The position numbers were made by a program, and so were the translations under genes. The notes beneath the pieces are model-generated. The model ran no database searches and had not been told where the DNA came from. It saw only the letters and a list, made by a program, of their open reading frames with translations. Positions 26,054 to 41,323 of a DNA stretch of 64,000 nt are shown here, piece after piece. The first letter of the stretch is position 1. Each line of letters starts with the position of its first letter. Source of the stretch: Antedon mediterranea (Eukaryota; Animalia; Echinodermata). Location: contig NC_092678.1 of the NCBI RefSeq assembly GCF_964355755.1, positions 15,791,881 to 15,855,880 on the forward strand, in the 5' to 3' direction.

Positions 26054-27575
26054 CTAGACATGTAACTCGTCACTTTGACGAGTTTGGTTATCCGCCGCGC
26101 AAGTGGTGCAACATTAACATTAAGGGGATAGGTTGAGGACAAAAGGAAGTGTTCACGTTGGCATTATGACCTGAACTGAAGAATATGATATGTTGTTATT
26201 GCTGAATTTTATTATTTAAATTCATATAGTATACACAGTATAATCTGTATCCATATCACATACAGTGTAGAATAGGTGAAATTACGGGACCCGCTATTTA
26301 TTGCAATTTTTAACATGTTGACGGTTTTAAAATGAAACGCGAAGGTAGCAATTCCGAAAGGAAATTATCTCAGCAACAACGTATTAGCGTGTAGAAGAAA
26401 TTTGAATACGTTAAATATTGATGCGCGCTCTTTTAAATGTAATGAATTATGACGCAAAAGATGAAAATACGACCTTTTTTATTTAACTGGCCATATGATG
26501 ACGTCACAACATCCGATTGGCAACATTTTTACATAATTTCGTATCTACAATCCAATAGCTTCCAGAAAAAATTTTAATCGTGATTATCACATTTTATTCT
26601 TACGAGCTATAACAGATTAAAATTTACTGTAAAGATGAAATTAATGCCACACGTGATTTAAATTTTTAGGCATGATGACGTCAAAAAAATTAAAATATTT
26701 TTAACTCATGTGAAAGATAGTTGATTGACCTAGACAATATCAAAATCGGGGTGAAAATGGAAAACGGATAAGTGGAGATGCGCTCTATTCAATGCGATGA
26801 GCTATGACGAAAGATACAAAAATCCTAAATTTTATATTCGCGTGGCCATACGATGACGTCACAATGTCCGGTTAGCCATATTAATACCTGATCCGAAATC
26901 TACAACTCATCTACTTACAGAATATACTATCCACAAAAAGTTGACCGTCTAGTTTAGAAATTATGACTGTTTAAAAAAAGGCATATTTTAAACGAATTTT
27001 TTAACCTTTTCATAAAAAACGCGCGCAAATTGTCCAATTCGACGTGCTCGTATGACGTATCTTTAAGTCGAAATTGTTTAAAATTTGGTAAAATTACTAG
27101 AAAAGGCTGGAAAAACATAAATCACGCGAAAAAAATACGTTTTCAATGCTACGTGCGCACCGCACACGTAAAAATTTGCGCACGCGTGGGAATTTTTGAC
27201 ATGCTTAAAACGACATGAAACGCGTAGAAAACTGATTATAAATTAATTTTGCGCATTTTGAAATTTTAAATGCGCGTACGCGCGTAACTTTGTGTAAAAC
27301 ACGCAATTTTTTTTCAACAGAAAGTTAGCGCATGATATACATTAAACTTTTGCAAACTTTCAAGTTGAAATGTTATTTGGTTGTCGAGCTATGTTAAATA
27401 CGACAAAATCGTTAAATCGCACGTAAGTCACGTTGCGCAATTGTAAACATCATGAAAAGCTTCGCTGCACATCTTCATGTGCATGAAGATATGTTGAGAA
27501 AGTTACAAAATGTTATGTTTGCAAGTTTTAGAGAAAAGCGATCCACAAAAATCATACAGAAAGAAAGAAGACAAA
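26054..27575 (-). mobile_element. C-type HINE body, AGAAGACAAA variant (head at 29167-29236)
   Basis: The same head/body variant pairing occurs at 41324-41393 with 29329-30852. Confidence 0.82.
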
Positions 27576-29166
27576 CTAGACATGTAACTCGTCACTTTGA
27601 CGAGTTAGTTATCCGCACGACAAACGCCACGTGCACGTCATACGTTAGAATATTGCACACAGAAAAAATTATGGCATTATGACCTGATCTGAAGAATATG
27701 ATATGTTGTTAGTGCTGAATTCTGTCAATTTTGTGTCATATAGTATATACATGCAAACAGTATAATCTGTATACATGTTACATACAGTGTAGAATAGGTG
27801 AAATTACGGGACCCGCCATTTATTCAAATTTGTAAAAACATGGCGACGGTATCAAGATGAAACACTAAGATAGCAATTTCGGAAGCAAATTATCTCAGCA
27901 ACAACATATTAACGTTTAGAAGAAATTTGAATACGTTTAATATTGATGCGCGCTCTTTTAAATATAATGAACTATGATGCAAAAGATGAAAATACGACTT
28001 TTTTTATTTAACTTGCAATATGATGACGTCACAGCATCTGATTGGCAAAATGTTCACATGATTTCATATCTACAATCCAAGAGCTTCCAGAAAATGTTTT
28101 AATCGTGATTATCACATTTTATTTTGACGGGCTATTACAGATTAAAATTTACTGTAAAGATGAAATTAATGACCCACGTAATTAAAATTTTTAGGCATGA
28201 TGACGTCATAAAAATTAAAATATTTTTATCTCATGCGAAAGATAGTTGATTGACCTAGACAATATTAAAATCTCGGAGAAAAAGAAATACGTATAAGCGT
28301 GATGCGCTCCATTGAATGTGATGAGCAATAACGAAAGACAAAAAAATCCTATATTTTACATTCGTGTGGCCATATGATGACGTCACAACATCCGTGAGGT
28401 AAAAATTCTACATGAATTCATATCTACAACATATCTGCTTACATATTAAGTTAAAAAAATTAGGGGTAATCGTTGATCTTGAGAAGCTATAAAACATTCA
28501 AAATAGGCATAATTTTGACAACATTTTGTAACTTTTTCAACTAAAACGCGCGCAAATGGGCTAAATCAACGTGTTCGTATGACGTCATTTTAATTTGAAA
28601 TGATGTCAATCTTTTTGAAAATGACTAGGAAAGGCTGGAAAATCACAATTCAAGAGAAAAAAACATGATTTTCATGCTCTATGCGCACCGTGCGCGTAAT
28701 ATTTTTCGCGCGCGCGGTAATTTTGTACATGCTTAAAATGACATGAAACGCGTAGAAAGTTGATTAGAAATTATTTTTGCGCATTTTGAAATTTTAAATG
28801 CGCGTGCGCGCGTAACTTTGTGTAAAACACGCAATTTTTTTCAAACAGAAAGTTAGCGCATGATATAAATTAAACTTTCACAAAGTGTCAAATAAAAATC
28901 ACTTTTAGTTTTTAATCTATGATCAATCATAAAAAATCATAAAATCGCGCGTAAGTCACGTTACGCAACTCTGACGTAATTCAAAAATAGGAGGTGCAGA
29001 ACTTCACGTAAATGCCCACATGTTGTCAAAGTTATAAAATGTTATGTTTACAAATTTTAGAGAAACGCTCTACACAAAAATAGCGAGAAAGAAAGAAGAA
29101 TAATACAGAAAAAAATATTGATCCCATACAATAACAAGGAGTTATCCGCCAAGTGCGGATAACTAA
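27576..29166 (-). mobile_element. Complete HINE, ACTTG-loop head
   Basis: Head GTTATCCGCCAAGTGCGGATAAC at 29141; CTAG end at 27576. Confidence 0.88.
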
Positions 29167-29328
29167 TAAAAAGTTGATGTTGATGATTTCGTACAATCAC
29201 AAGAGGTTATCCTGCAACTTCGTTGCGGATAACCAAAGAAGAAGAATAAAAAGTTGATGATGATGATGATGATGATGATTTCGTACAATCACAAGAGGTT
29301 ATCCTGCAACTTCGTTGCGGATAACCAA

Positions 29329-30852
29329 CTAGACATGTAACTCGTCACTTTGACGAGTTTGGTTATCCGCCGCGCAAGTGGTGCAACATTAACATTAAGG
29401 GGATAGGTTGAGGACAAAAGGAAGTGTTCACGTTGGCATTATGACCTGAACTGAAGAATATGATATGTTGTTATTTCTGAATTTTATTATTTAAATTCAT
29501 ATATAGTATACACAGTATAATCTGTATCCATATCACATACAGTGTAGAATAGGTGAAATTACGGGACCCGCTATTTATTGAAATTTTTAACATGTTGACG
29601 GTTTTAAAATGAAACGCGAAGGTAGCAATTCCGAAAGGAAATTATCTCAGCAACAACGTATTAGCGTGTAGAAGAAATTTGAATACGTGAAATATTGATG
29701 CGCGCTCTTTTAAATGTAATGAATTATGACGCAAAAGATGAAAATACGACCTTTTTTATATAACTGGCCATATGATGACGTCACAACATCCGATTGGCAA
29801 CATTTTTACATAATTTCGTATCTACAATCCAATAGCTTCCAGAAAAAGTTTTAATCGTGATTATCACATTTTATTCTTATGAGCTATAACAGATTAAAAT
29901 TTACTGTAAAGATGAAATTAATGCCACACGTGATTTAAATTTTTAGGCATGATGACGTCAAAAAAATTAAAATATTTTTAACTCCTGCGAAAGATACTTG
30001 ATTGACCTAGACAATATCAAAATCTGGGTGAAAATGGAAAACGGATAAGTGGAGATGCGCTCTATTCAATGTGATGAGCTATGACGAAAGGTACAAAAAT
30101 CCTAAATTTTATATTCGCGTGGCCATACGATGACGTCACAATGTCCGGTTAGCCATATTAATACCTGATGCGATATCTACAACTCATCTACTTCCAGAAT
30201 ATGCCATCCACAAAAAGTTGACCGTCTAGTTTAGAAATTACGACTGTTTAAAAAAAGACATATTTTAAACAAATTTTTTAACCTTTTCTTAAAAAACGCG
30301 CGCAAATTGTCCAATTCGACGTGCTCGTATGACGTATCTTTAAGTCGAAATTGTTTAAAATTTGGTAAAATTACTAGAAAAGGCTGGAAAAATATAAATC
30401 ACGCGAAAAAAATACGTTTTCAATGCTACGTGCGCACCGCACACGTAAAAATGTGCGCACGCGTGGGAATTTTTGACATGCTTAAAACGACATGATTCGC
30501 GTAGAAAGTTGATTATAAATTAATTTTGCGCATTTTGAAATTTTAAATGCGCGTGCGTGCGTAACTTTGTGTAAAACACGCAATTTTTTTTCAACAGAAA
30601 GTTAGCGCATAATATAAATTAAACTTTTGCAAAGTTTCAAGTTGAAATGTTATTTGGTTGTCGAGCTATGTTAAATACGACAAAATCGTTAAATCGCGCG
30701 TAAGTCACGTTGCGCAATTGTAAACATCATGAAAAGCTTCGCTGCACATCTTCATGTGCATGACGATATGTTGAGAAAGTTACAAAATGTTATGTTTGCA
30801 AGTTTTAGAGAAAAGCGATCCACAAAAATCATACAGAAAGAAAGAAGACAAA
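29329..30852 (-). mobile_element. C-type HINE body (head at 41324-41393)
   Basis: Variant co-segregation and bracket order. Confidence 0.8.
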
Positions 30853-32137
30853 CTAGACATGAAACTCGTCACTTTGACGAGTTAGTTATCCGCACCACGA
30901 CAAACGCCACGTGCACGTCATACGTTGGAATATTGCACACAGATAAAGATTATGGCATTATGACAAGAACTGAAGAATAAGATATGCTGTTAGTGCTGAA
31001 TTCTGTCAATTTTGTGTCATATAGTATATACATGCAAACAGTATAATCTGTATACATATTACATACAGTGTAGAATAGGTGAAATTACGGGACCCGCCAT
31101 TTATTCCAATTTTTAACATGGCGACGGTATCAAAATGAAACACTTAGATAGCAATTTCAGAAGGAAATTATCTCAGGAAAAACATATTAACGTGTAGAAG
31201 AAATTTGAATACGTAAAATATAGATGCGCACCCTTTTAAATGTGATGAACTATTACGCAAAATATGAAAATACGACTTTTTTTATTCAACTGGCCATATG
31301 ATGACGTCACAACATTCGATTGGCACAATTTTCACATGATTTTGTATCTACTATACAATAGCATCCTGTAAATGTTTTAATTGTGATTATCACATTTTAT
31401 TCTTACGAGCTATAACAGATTAAAATTTACTGTAAAGATGAAATTAATGACCAACGTAATTTAGAATCTATGACTGTTTAAAAATAGGCATAATTTTGAC
31501 GAATTTTGGAACTTTTTCACCAAAAACGCGTGCAAATTATCTAATTCGACGTGCTCGTATGACGTAATTTTAAGTCGAAATTGTTTAAAAGTTGGTAACA
31601 TTACTAGAAAAGGCTGAAAAAACATAAATCATGCAAAAAAAATATGTTTTTAACGCTTCGTGTGCACCGCGTGCGTAAAAATTTTCGCGCGCGTGGGAAT
31701 TTTTGACATGCTCAAAATGACATGAAACGCATAGAAAGTTGATTAGAAGTTGATTTTTCCCATAGTAAAATTTTAAACTTTTTGTGAAACATGCTATTTT
31801 TAATCCATAGAAAGTTTGCGCTTGATATGACTTAAATTTTCACAAAGTGTCAAAACAAAATTATGTTTGGTTTTTAGTCTATGATCAATCATTGAAATTC
31901 ATAAAATCGCGCATAAGTCACGTTGCGCAACTCTGACGTCATTCAAAAATAGGAGGTGCACAAGTTCACGTAAATGTCGATATGTTGAGAAAGTTACGAT
32001 ATGTTCTGTTTACACGTTTTAGAGAAACACGACGCACAAAAATGACAGAAGGAAAGAAGTATAATACAGAAAAAAAAAAAAAATATGATGAAACAGGACG
32101 ATTACAAGGAGTTATCCGCTACTAAGCGGATAACTAA
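30853..32137 (-). mobile_element. Complete HINE, TTAGTA-loop head, with an internal deletion near 31460
   Basis: Head at 32111; CTAG end at 30853. Confidence 0.86.
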
Positions 32138-33720
32138 CTAGACATGTAACTCGTCACTTTGACGAGTTAGTTATCCGCACGACAAACGCTACGTGCACGT
32201 CATACGTTGGTATATGGCACACAGAAAAAGATTATGGCATTATGACCTGAACTGAAGAATATGATATGTTGTTGGTGCTGAATTCTGTCAATTTTGTGTC
32301 ATATAGTATACACAGTATAATCTGTATACATATCACATACAGTGTAGAATAGGTGAAATTACGGAACCCGCTATTTATTGCAATTTTTAACATTTTGACG
32401 GTTTCAAAATGAAACGCAAATGTAGCAATTTCGGAAGGAAATTATCTCAGCAACAACATATTAACGTGTAGAAGACATTTTAATACGTAAAATATAGATG
32501 CGCGCTCTTTTAAATGTGATGAACTATAACGCAAAAGGTGAAAATACGACTTCTTTTATTTAACTGGCCATATGATGACGTCACAACATCCGATTGGGAA
32601 AATGTTCACATGATTTTGTATCTACAATCCAATAGCTTCCAGAAAACGTTATAATCGTGATTATCACATTTTATTCTTACGAGCTATAACAGATTAAAAT
32701 TTACTGTAAAGATGAAATTAATGCCACACGTAATTTAAATTTGTAGGCATAATGACGTCATAAAAATTAAATTATTTTTAACTCATGCAAAAGATAGTTG
32801 ATTGACATAGACAATATCAAAATCGGGGTGAAAATGGAAAACGGATAAGTGGAGATGCGCTCTATTAAATGTGATGAGCTATTACGAAAGAGACAAAAAT
32901 CCTATATTTTATATTCGCGTGGCCATACGATGACGTCACAATGTCCGGTTAGCCATATTAATGCATGATTCGATATCTACAACTCATTAACTTAAAGAAT
33001 ATGTCATCCACAAAAAGTTGACCGTGTAGTTTAGAAATTATGACTGTTTAAAAAAAGGTATAATTTTGACAAATTTTGACGAATTTTTGAACTTTTTCAT
33101 AAAAAACGCACGTAAATTATCCAATTCGACGTGCCCGTATGACGTAATTTTAAGTCGAAATTGTTTAAAAGTTGGTAAAATTACTAGAAAAGGCTGGAAA
33201 AACATAAATCATTCGAAAAAATTATGTTTCAACGTTACGTGCGCACAGCGCGCGTAAAACTTTGAGCGCACGTGGGAATTTTTGACACGCTCAAAATGAC
33301 ATGAAACGCGTAGAAAGTTGATTAGAAATTGATTTTTCGCATTTTTAAATTTTAAACGCGCGTGCGCGCGTAACTTCTTGTATGACATGCCATTTTTTTA
33401 GCACAGAAAGTTAGCGCATGATATAAATTAAACTTTTGCTAAGTTTCAATTTAAATTGTTATATGGTTTTCAATCTATGTTAAATACGCGAAATCGATAA
33501 ATACGCGCGTAAGTCACGTTGCGCAACTCTGACGTCATTAAAAAATAGGTGGTGCACAACTTCACGTGAATGCGCATATGTTGACAAAGTTATGAAATGT
33601 TATGTTTACAAGTTTTAGAGATACGCTCTGCACAAAAATGACAGAAAGAAAGAAGAATACAGAAAAAAATGATGAAACAGGACAGTTACAAGGAGTTATC
33701 CGCTCAATGCGGATAACTAA
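32138..33720 (-). mobile_element. Complete HINE, ATTGA-loop head
   Basis: Head GTTATCCGCTCAATGCGGATAAC at ~33695; CTAG end at 32138. Confidence 0.88.
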
Positions 33721-34985
33721 CTAGATCTTAAACTCGTCACTTGAGGACGAGTTTGGTTATCCGCCCGCAACAAAACGTATCTTGCGTATTAAAGTACTTA
33801 TCAGTTATGACATTTCCAAAAAAAGTAGCCTATTCAAAAGTAAAACTGCCCTTTCAGTGTAATAACCATTTAAATCCTGTTATTTAATTACTTTCCCGTG
33901 ATGGGATTCGAACCCGGTACCTCTGATACCAAAGTCGGTGGCACTACACATCGAACCATACGAGCACCTGCTGAAGAGAATCCGAAGAAAGTTAACTCGT
34001 CCATTCGGTATGTCGTGAACCACTCGATGCAAAAAGATTATTACTTACCAAACTATATCATAATTTTCACTATGATGGAATCTTCACAAATTTTAACCAG
34101 TCACATATTATGAAAGTGCATACTTTTTAGTTTTATATATTAACATGTGAAGAAAAAAGATAAACGTTATGTTTATTGTTTTGCTCTTTGAAAAAGTTTA
34201 TGTTTGTTTGATGATAAAAATTTCAAAAATTATATTTAATATGCAAATAATGTAGCCATCAAACACGTTTTAACATTCAACACTATAATAAATCAGACCT
34301 ATGATTCATACACTGCAAGAAAATAAAATAAAAAATAGGGGTAACCTTGCATTCTGATGAACTGTATCGTTTTTAAAAGTATACATATTTTGCAACATTT
34401 TCACAATTTTTTAACGTTTTACGTGCGCAACCAGTCATGTTTAACGTGCTCGTAGAACGCCATTTGAAGTTGAAAAGTGAATAAAATAACGTAAAATTGT
34501 TAACCGAAGATTGAAAAACACAAATAGTGCAAAAGAAATGCTCATACGTGTTTCCTGCGCCGTGCGCGCGTAAAAAAATGCGCACCTGGTGGCAATTTTT
34601 CAAACGCTTAAAATGACCTGAATCGTGCTCTAATTTAATCAGAAATTGATTTAGAGCATTTTAAAATTTCAAACGCTTTTTACTCGTGCACTTTCCAATG
34701 TTACAAATTTCGGTAGCGATAAAAAAGTTAGCAATTGATGTAAAGCAAACATGACTGAAATTTACGTTAAAAAATATTCATCTGTTTCGAAGTTATGATC
34801 AACTTAGGATTTTTTGAAAATCGCGCGTGACTCACGCTACGCGGTTCTGCCAGCGTCCAAAAGCTTGGCTGCACATCTTCAGCTAAATGTCTAAATGTTT
34901 AACAAGTTACAACATGTTATGTTAACAGGATGCAGAGAAAAGCTGAACACAAAAATCGGCGGAAATAGAGAAGAATAATAAAAAA
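33721..34985 (-). mobile_element. Divergent D-type HINE body with a single internal unit (head probably 39683-39732)
   Basis: D-type 3' hairpin AAACTCGTCACTTGAGGACGAGTTT; tRNA-like segment. Confidence 0.82.
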
Positions 34986-37900
34986 CTAGATTTAATTCGT
35001 CACTATGACGAATTATAGGTTATATGCATTGATTTAAATAAAGATAATTGATTTTTAAAAGATATTTTGATTCATTGATTTTCTCAGATTCTTTAATTAT
35101 TTATAATATATGATAGGACCTTGCTAACGCGAATACAATAGCCGGTATCACAATCCGATCAAAGATCCCTCTGCGTATAATGTCATAAACCACATTTGCT
35201 GTTACATAATAATAAAGACATAAGTTATTTTTTATCTAGATTTCATTATAAATCATGTATATAATATATACACTAAGAAATAAATTTGAACAAACAATAC
35301 GGATAATAAAAAAAAAATCTTATTTCGTTTCCCAAGGTGAGACTCGATCTCGGTACCTTGAGTGCCATAGACACGAGCACACACTGACTAAAAATTGTAG
35401 AAAAATTCCTCCGTGTATTTACTATGCAGTAACCACTTTGGTGCAGATAGATTATTACATACCGAAATGAATTATAATTTTTTACTATGATGACATCTCT
35501 AAAAATGTACAAAAAGGATGCACTGTCAAACTATATACTTTTAACTTTAATATATGAACTTTTGAAGGAAGAAAGTTAATGTTAAGTTTGTTATTTTGGC
35601 CTAAGAAAATGTCATAATTTGTTTGATTGTCGAAATGAATTTTTTTTTATTTAATATGCAATTAATTATGGCTTAATCAACTTTTGTTCCCTTAGTTTAA
35701 TAATAAATCATACATAAGATACATACACTTCAAGAAAATGAAATAAAAAATATGTGTTCCCGAGCATTCTGACGATCTATATTAATTTTAAAATTTAGCA
35801 TATTTTCACCATTTTGTTAACTTACACGTGCGTAGCCTGTCACTTTTGACGTGCTCGTATAAGGCAATTACGCGTTGAAAAGTGAATAAAATATGATGAT
35901 ATTATTAAAGAAAGGTTGTACAACCGAAATCGGACAAAAAGAGTGCGCATTAACGTATAACGCGCAGTGCGCGTGCAAAAATCTGCGCACTCATGGCAAT
36001 TTTTTAAACGCTTAAAATTGCCTGAAACGTACTCTAATTTCATCGAAAATAAATTTTGACAATTTTGAACATTTTAAGCGCGCGTACGCAAGCGTTATAT
36101 GCGCTACGCACGTAATTGTATTGCCATATGATGAAATATGACCTGAAATTTATGAGTACCAAATTTTGTTTAATTGTGATTCATGCTTGTGAAGATGTGA
36201 TTACAAACGTGATTTCGTAAAATCGCGCGTTGACCGCGTAATTTTTGATTACGCATCGTGAAAATATAACCACATCGATTCCTGGCCATAAGGAATATAC
36301 TCTGAAAAATTGACTTAGATAGATGAAACTGATATCAAGATAATTCACGGACAAAATAGTGCTAAGGAAAGAATAAATAAACTAGACATGTAACTCGTCA
36401 CTTTGACGAGTTTGGTTATCCGCCGCGCAAGTGGTGCAACATTAACATTAAGGGGATAGGTTGAGGACAAAAGGAAGTGTTCACGTTGGCATTATGACCT
36501 GAACTGAAGAATATGATATGTTGTTATTGCTGAATTTTATTATTTAAATTCATATATAGTATATACACAGTATAATCTGTATCCATATCACATACAGTGT
36601 AGAATAGGTGAAATTACGGGACCCGCTATTTATTGCAATTTTTAACATGTTGACGGTTTTAAAATGAAACGCGAAGGTAGCAATTCCGAAAGGAAATTAT
36701 CTCAGCAACAACGTATTAGCGTGTAGAAAAAATTTGAATACGTGAAATATTGATGCGCGCTCTTTTAAATGTAATGAATTATGACGCAAAAGATGAAAAT
36801 ACGACCTTTTTTATTTAACTGGCCATATGATGACGTCACAACATCCGATTGGCAACACTTTTACATAATTTCGTATCTACAATCCAATAGCTTCCAGAAA
36901 AAGTTTTAATCGTGATTATCACATTTTATTCTTACGAGCTATAACAGATTAAAATTTACTGTAAAGATGAAATTGATGCCACACGTGATTTAAATTTTTA
37001 GGCATGATGACGTCAAAAAAATTTAAATATTTTTAACTCATGCGAAAGATATTTGATTGACCTAGACAAAATCAAAATCGGGGTGAAAATGGAAAACGGA
37101 TAAGTGGAGATGCGCTCTATTCAATGTGATGAGCTATGACGAAAGATACAAAAATCCTAAATTTTATATTCGCGTGGCCATACGATGACGTCACAATGTC
37201 CGGTTAGCCATATTAATACCTGACCCGATATCTACAACTCATCTACTTCCAGAATATGCCATCCACAAAATGTTGACCGTCTAGTTTAGAAATTACGACT
37301 GTTTAAAAAAAGGCATATTTTAAACAAATTTTTTAACCTTTTCATAAAAAACGCGCGCAAATTGTCCAATTCGACGTGCTCGTATGAGGTATCTTTAAGT
37401 CGAAATTGTTTAAAATTTGGTAAAATTACTAGAAAAGGCTGGAAAAATATAAATCACGCGAAAAACGTACGTTTTCAATACTACGTGCGCACCGCACACG
37501 TAAAAATGTGCGCACGCGTGGGAATTTTTGACATGCTTAAAACGACATGAAACGCGTAGAAAGTTGATTATAAATTAATTTTGCGCATTTTGAAATTTTA
37601 AATGCGCGTGCGCGCGTAACTTTGTGTAAAACACGCAATTTTTTTTCAACAGAAAGTTAGCGCATGATATAAATTAAACTTTTGCAAAGTTTCAAGTTGA
37701 AATGTTATTTGGTTGTCGAGCTATGTTAATTACGACAAAATCGTTAAATCGCGCGTAAGTCACGTTGCGCAATTGTAAACGTCATGAAAAGCTTCGCTTG
37801 ACGACGTTACGTAAATGTCAATATGTTAAGATAGTTACCGAAATGTTATGTTTGCGAGTTTTAGAGAAAAGCGTTACACAAAAATCATACAGAATGATTT

Positions 37901-38005
37901 CGTACAATCACAAGAGGTTATCCTGCAACTTCGTTGCGGATAACCAATAAATAAAGATTTTGACAGAATCAAGAGGTTATATGCATGATAATGCATATAA
38001 CCTAA
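34986..38005 (-). mobile_element. E-type HINE (subTIR AGGTTATATGCAT): body 34986-36381, head 37948-38005, with a C-type element nested between them
   Basis: The unique subTIR at 35017-35029 matches only the palindrome AGGTTATATGCAT-GATA-ATGCATATAACCT at 37974-38003. Confidence 0.88.
36382..37947 (-). mobile_element. Complete C-type HINE nested in the E-type element; its own T-tract is deleted
   Basis: Head 37894-37947 is joined directly to CATACAGA; CTAG end at 36382. Confidence 0.88.
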
Positions 38006-39623
38006 CTAGAACTTAAACTCGTCACTTGAGGACGAGTTTGGTTATCCGCCCGCAACAAAACGTATCTTGCGTATTAAAGTACTTCTCAGTTGTGACTTTT
38101 CCAAAAAAGTAGCCTTTTCAAAATTAAAACTTCCTTTCAGTGTAATAACCTAATAAATCCTTTTAATTAATTGCTTTCCCGTGATGGGATTCGATCCCGG
38201 TACCTCTAATACCAAAGTCGGTTGCACTACACATCGAGCCATATGAGCACCTGTTGAAGAAAATCCGAAGGAAGAGTTCTCGTTCATTTGGTATGTCGTG
38301 AACCCCCTCGATGCAAGTTGATTATTACATATCGAACTTAAATCATAATTTTGACTATGATGAAATCTTGACAAATTTTAAACAGTGACATATTATGAAA
38401 GTGCATACTTTCAAGTTTTATATATTAACATGTAAAGAAAAAAGATAAACGTTATGTTTATTGTTTTACTCTTTGAATATGTTTATGTTTGTTTGTTGAT
38501 AATTATTTCAAAAATTACATTTTAATATGCAAATAATGTAGCTATCAAACACTTTTTAACATTCAAGACTATAATAAATTAGACCTATGATTAATACACT
38601 GCAAGAAAGTAAAATAAAAAATGGGGGTAACCTTGCATTCTGATGAACTGTTTCATTTTTAAAAGTAGACATATTTTGCAACATTTTCACAATTTGTTGA
38701 CGTTTTCGTGCGCAACCTGTCATGTTTAACGTGCTCGTAGAACGCCATTTCAAGTTGAAAAGTGAATTAAATAACATAAAATTGTTAACCGAAGATTTAA
38801 AAACACAAATCGTGTAAAAGAAATGTTCATACGTGTTTCCTGCGCCGTGCGCGCGTAAAAATGTGCGCACCAGTGGCAATTTTTTAAACGCTTAAAATGA
38901 CCTGAATCGCGCTCTAATTTAATCAGAAATTGATTTGAAGCATTTTAAAATTTCAAACGCCATTTACGCGCGCACTTTCTAATGTTACAAATTTCGGTAG
39001 TGATAACAAAGTTAACAATTGATGTGAATCAAACGTGGCTGAAAATTACGTTAAAAAATATTTATTTGTTTCGAAGTTATAACCAATTTAAGATTTTCAG
39101 AAACTCGCGCGTAAGTTACGCTACGAGACTCTGACATCGTCAAAAAGCTTGGCTGGACAACTTCAGTAAAATGTCTAAATGCTGAACAAGTTACAACATA
39201 TTATGTTTACACGTTGAAGAGAAACAGCGTGCACAAAATAAGAAGAGTAAAATATTTCAAACGCAATTTACGCGAAAACTTTCTAGTCTCCAAAAATTTG
39301 TTAAACATTCCAAAAGTTAGCCATTAATGTGAAGAAAACGTGGCTGAAAATTTCGTTAAAAAATATTTATCGGTTTCGAAGTTATGACCGATTTAAGATT
39401 TTCAGAAAATCGCGCGTGACTTACGCTACGCGAATCTGACATTGTCAAAAAGCTTGGAAGTACATCTTCAGTTAAATGTCTATATGTTGACGAAGTTACA
39501 ACATGTTATGTTAACACGTTAAAGAGAAAACGCGTGCACAAAATCCGAGAAAGAAAGAAGAATAATAAAAAAAAAAAGTAACACTACAATAACAAAGGTT
39601 ATCCGCTTGAGGCGGATAACCAA
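38006..39623 (-). mobile_element. Complete D-type HINE, with two further D heads at 39624-39732
   Basis: TTATCCGCTTGAGGCGGATAACC occurs three times; D-type 3' end at 38006. Confidence 0.88.
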
Positions 39624-39732
39624 TAAAAGAAAAAAAGAAACACTACAATAACAAAGGTTATCCGCTTGAGGCGGATAACCAAAAAGTAACACTACAATTC
39701 CAAGGGCTTATCCGCTTGAGGCGGATAACCAA

Positions 39733-41323
39733 CTAGACATGAAACTCGTCACTTTGACGAGTTAGTTATCCGCACGACAAACGCCACGTCCACGCCATAC
39801 GTTGGAATATTGCACACGGAAATAGATTATGGAATTATGACCTGAACTGAAGACTATGATATGTTGTTATTGCTGAATTCTATTATTTTGATTCATATAT
39901 AGTATACACAGTGTAATCTGTATACATATCACATACAGTGTAGAATAGGGGAAATTACAGGACCCGCTATTTATTGCAATTTTTAACATGTTGATGGTTT
40001 TAAAATAAAACGCGAAGGTAGCAATTTTGGAAGGAAATTATCTCAGCAACAACATATTAACGTGTAGAAGAAATTTGAATACGTGAAATATTAATGCGCG
40101 CTCTTTTAAATGTAATGAACTATGACGCAAAATATGAAAATACGACTTTTTTTATTTAACTGGCCATATGATGACGTCACCACATCCGATTGGCAAAATT
40201 TTCACATGATTTTGTATCTACCATCCAATAGCTTCAAGAAAACGTTTTAATCATGATTATCACATTTTCTTCTTACGAGCTATAACAGATTGAAATTTAC
40301 TGTAAAGATGAAATTAAAGGCACACGTAATTTAAATTTTTAAGCATGATGACGTCATAAAAATTAAAATATTTTTAACTCATGCAAAGGATAGTTGATTG
40401 ACCTAGATATATATCAAAATCGGCGTGAAAATGGAAAACGGATAAGTGGAGATGCGCTCTATTAAATGTGATGCGCTATGACAAAAGAGAAAAAATCCCT
40501 ATATTTTATATTCGAGTGGCCATACGATGACGTCTAAATGTCCGGTTAGCCATATTGATGCATGATACGATATCTACAACTCATCATCTTCCAGAAAACG
40601 TAAAAAAAAACAACTTTTACCGTTTAGTTTAGAAACTACAACTGTTTAAAAAAAGGTATAATTTTGACAAATTTTGATGAATTTTTGAACTTTTTCATAA
40701 AAAACGCACATAAATTATCCAATTCTACGGGCTCGTATGACGTGATTTTAAGTCGAAATCGTTTAAAAGTTGGTAAAATTACTAGAAAAGGCTGGAAAAA
40801 CCTAAATCACGCGAAAAAAATTGTTTTCAACGCTACGTGCGCACCACGCGCGTAAAAATATTCGCGCGCGTGGGAATTTTTTACATGCTCAAAATGACAT
40901 GAAACGCGTAGAAAGTTGATTAGAAATTGATTTTTTGCATTTTAAAATTTTAAACGCGCGTGCGCGCGTAACTTTGTCTGAAACATGCCATTTTTTTTTC
41001 ACAGTCGGTTAGCGCAGAATATAAATTAAACTTTTGCTAAGTTTCAATTTAAATTGTTATATGGTTTTTTATTAATGTTAAATACGCTAAATTCGTTAAA
41101 ACGCGCGTAAGTCATGTTGCGCAATTCTGATGTCATTCAAAAATAAAAAAGCACAACTTCACGTGAATGCCCATAGGTTGACAAAGTTATGAAATGTTAA
41201 CTGTACACGTTTTTGAGATATGCTCTGCACAAAAATGACAGAAAGAAAGAAGAATACAGAAAAAAAAAAAAGATGATGAAACAGGACAGTTACAAGGAGT
41301 TATCCGTGAAAGCGGATAACTAA
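39733..41323 (-). mobile_element. Complete HINE, TTTCAC-loop head
   Basis: GTTATCCGTGAAAGCGGATAAC at ~41299; CTAG end at 39733. Confidence 0.88.
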
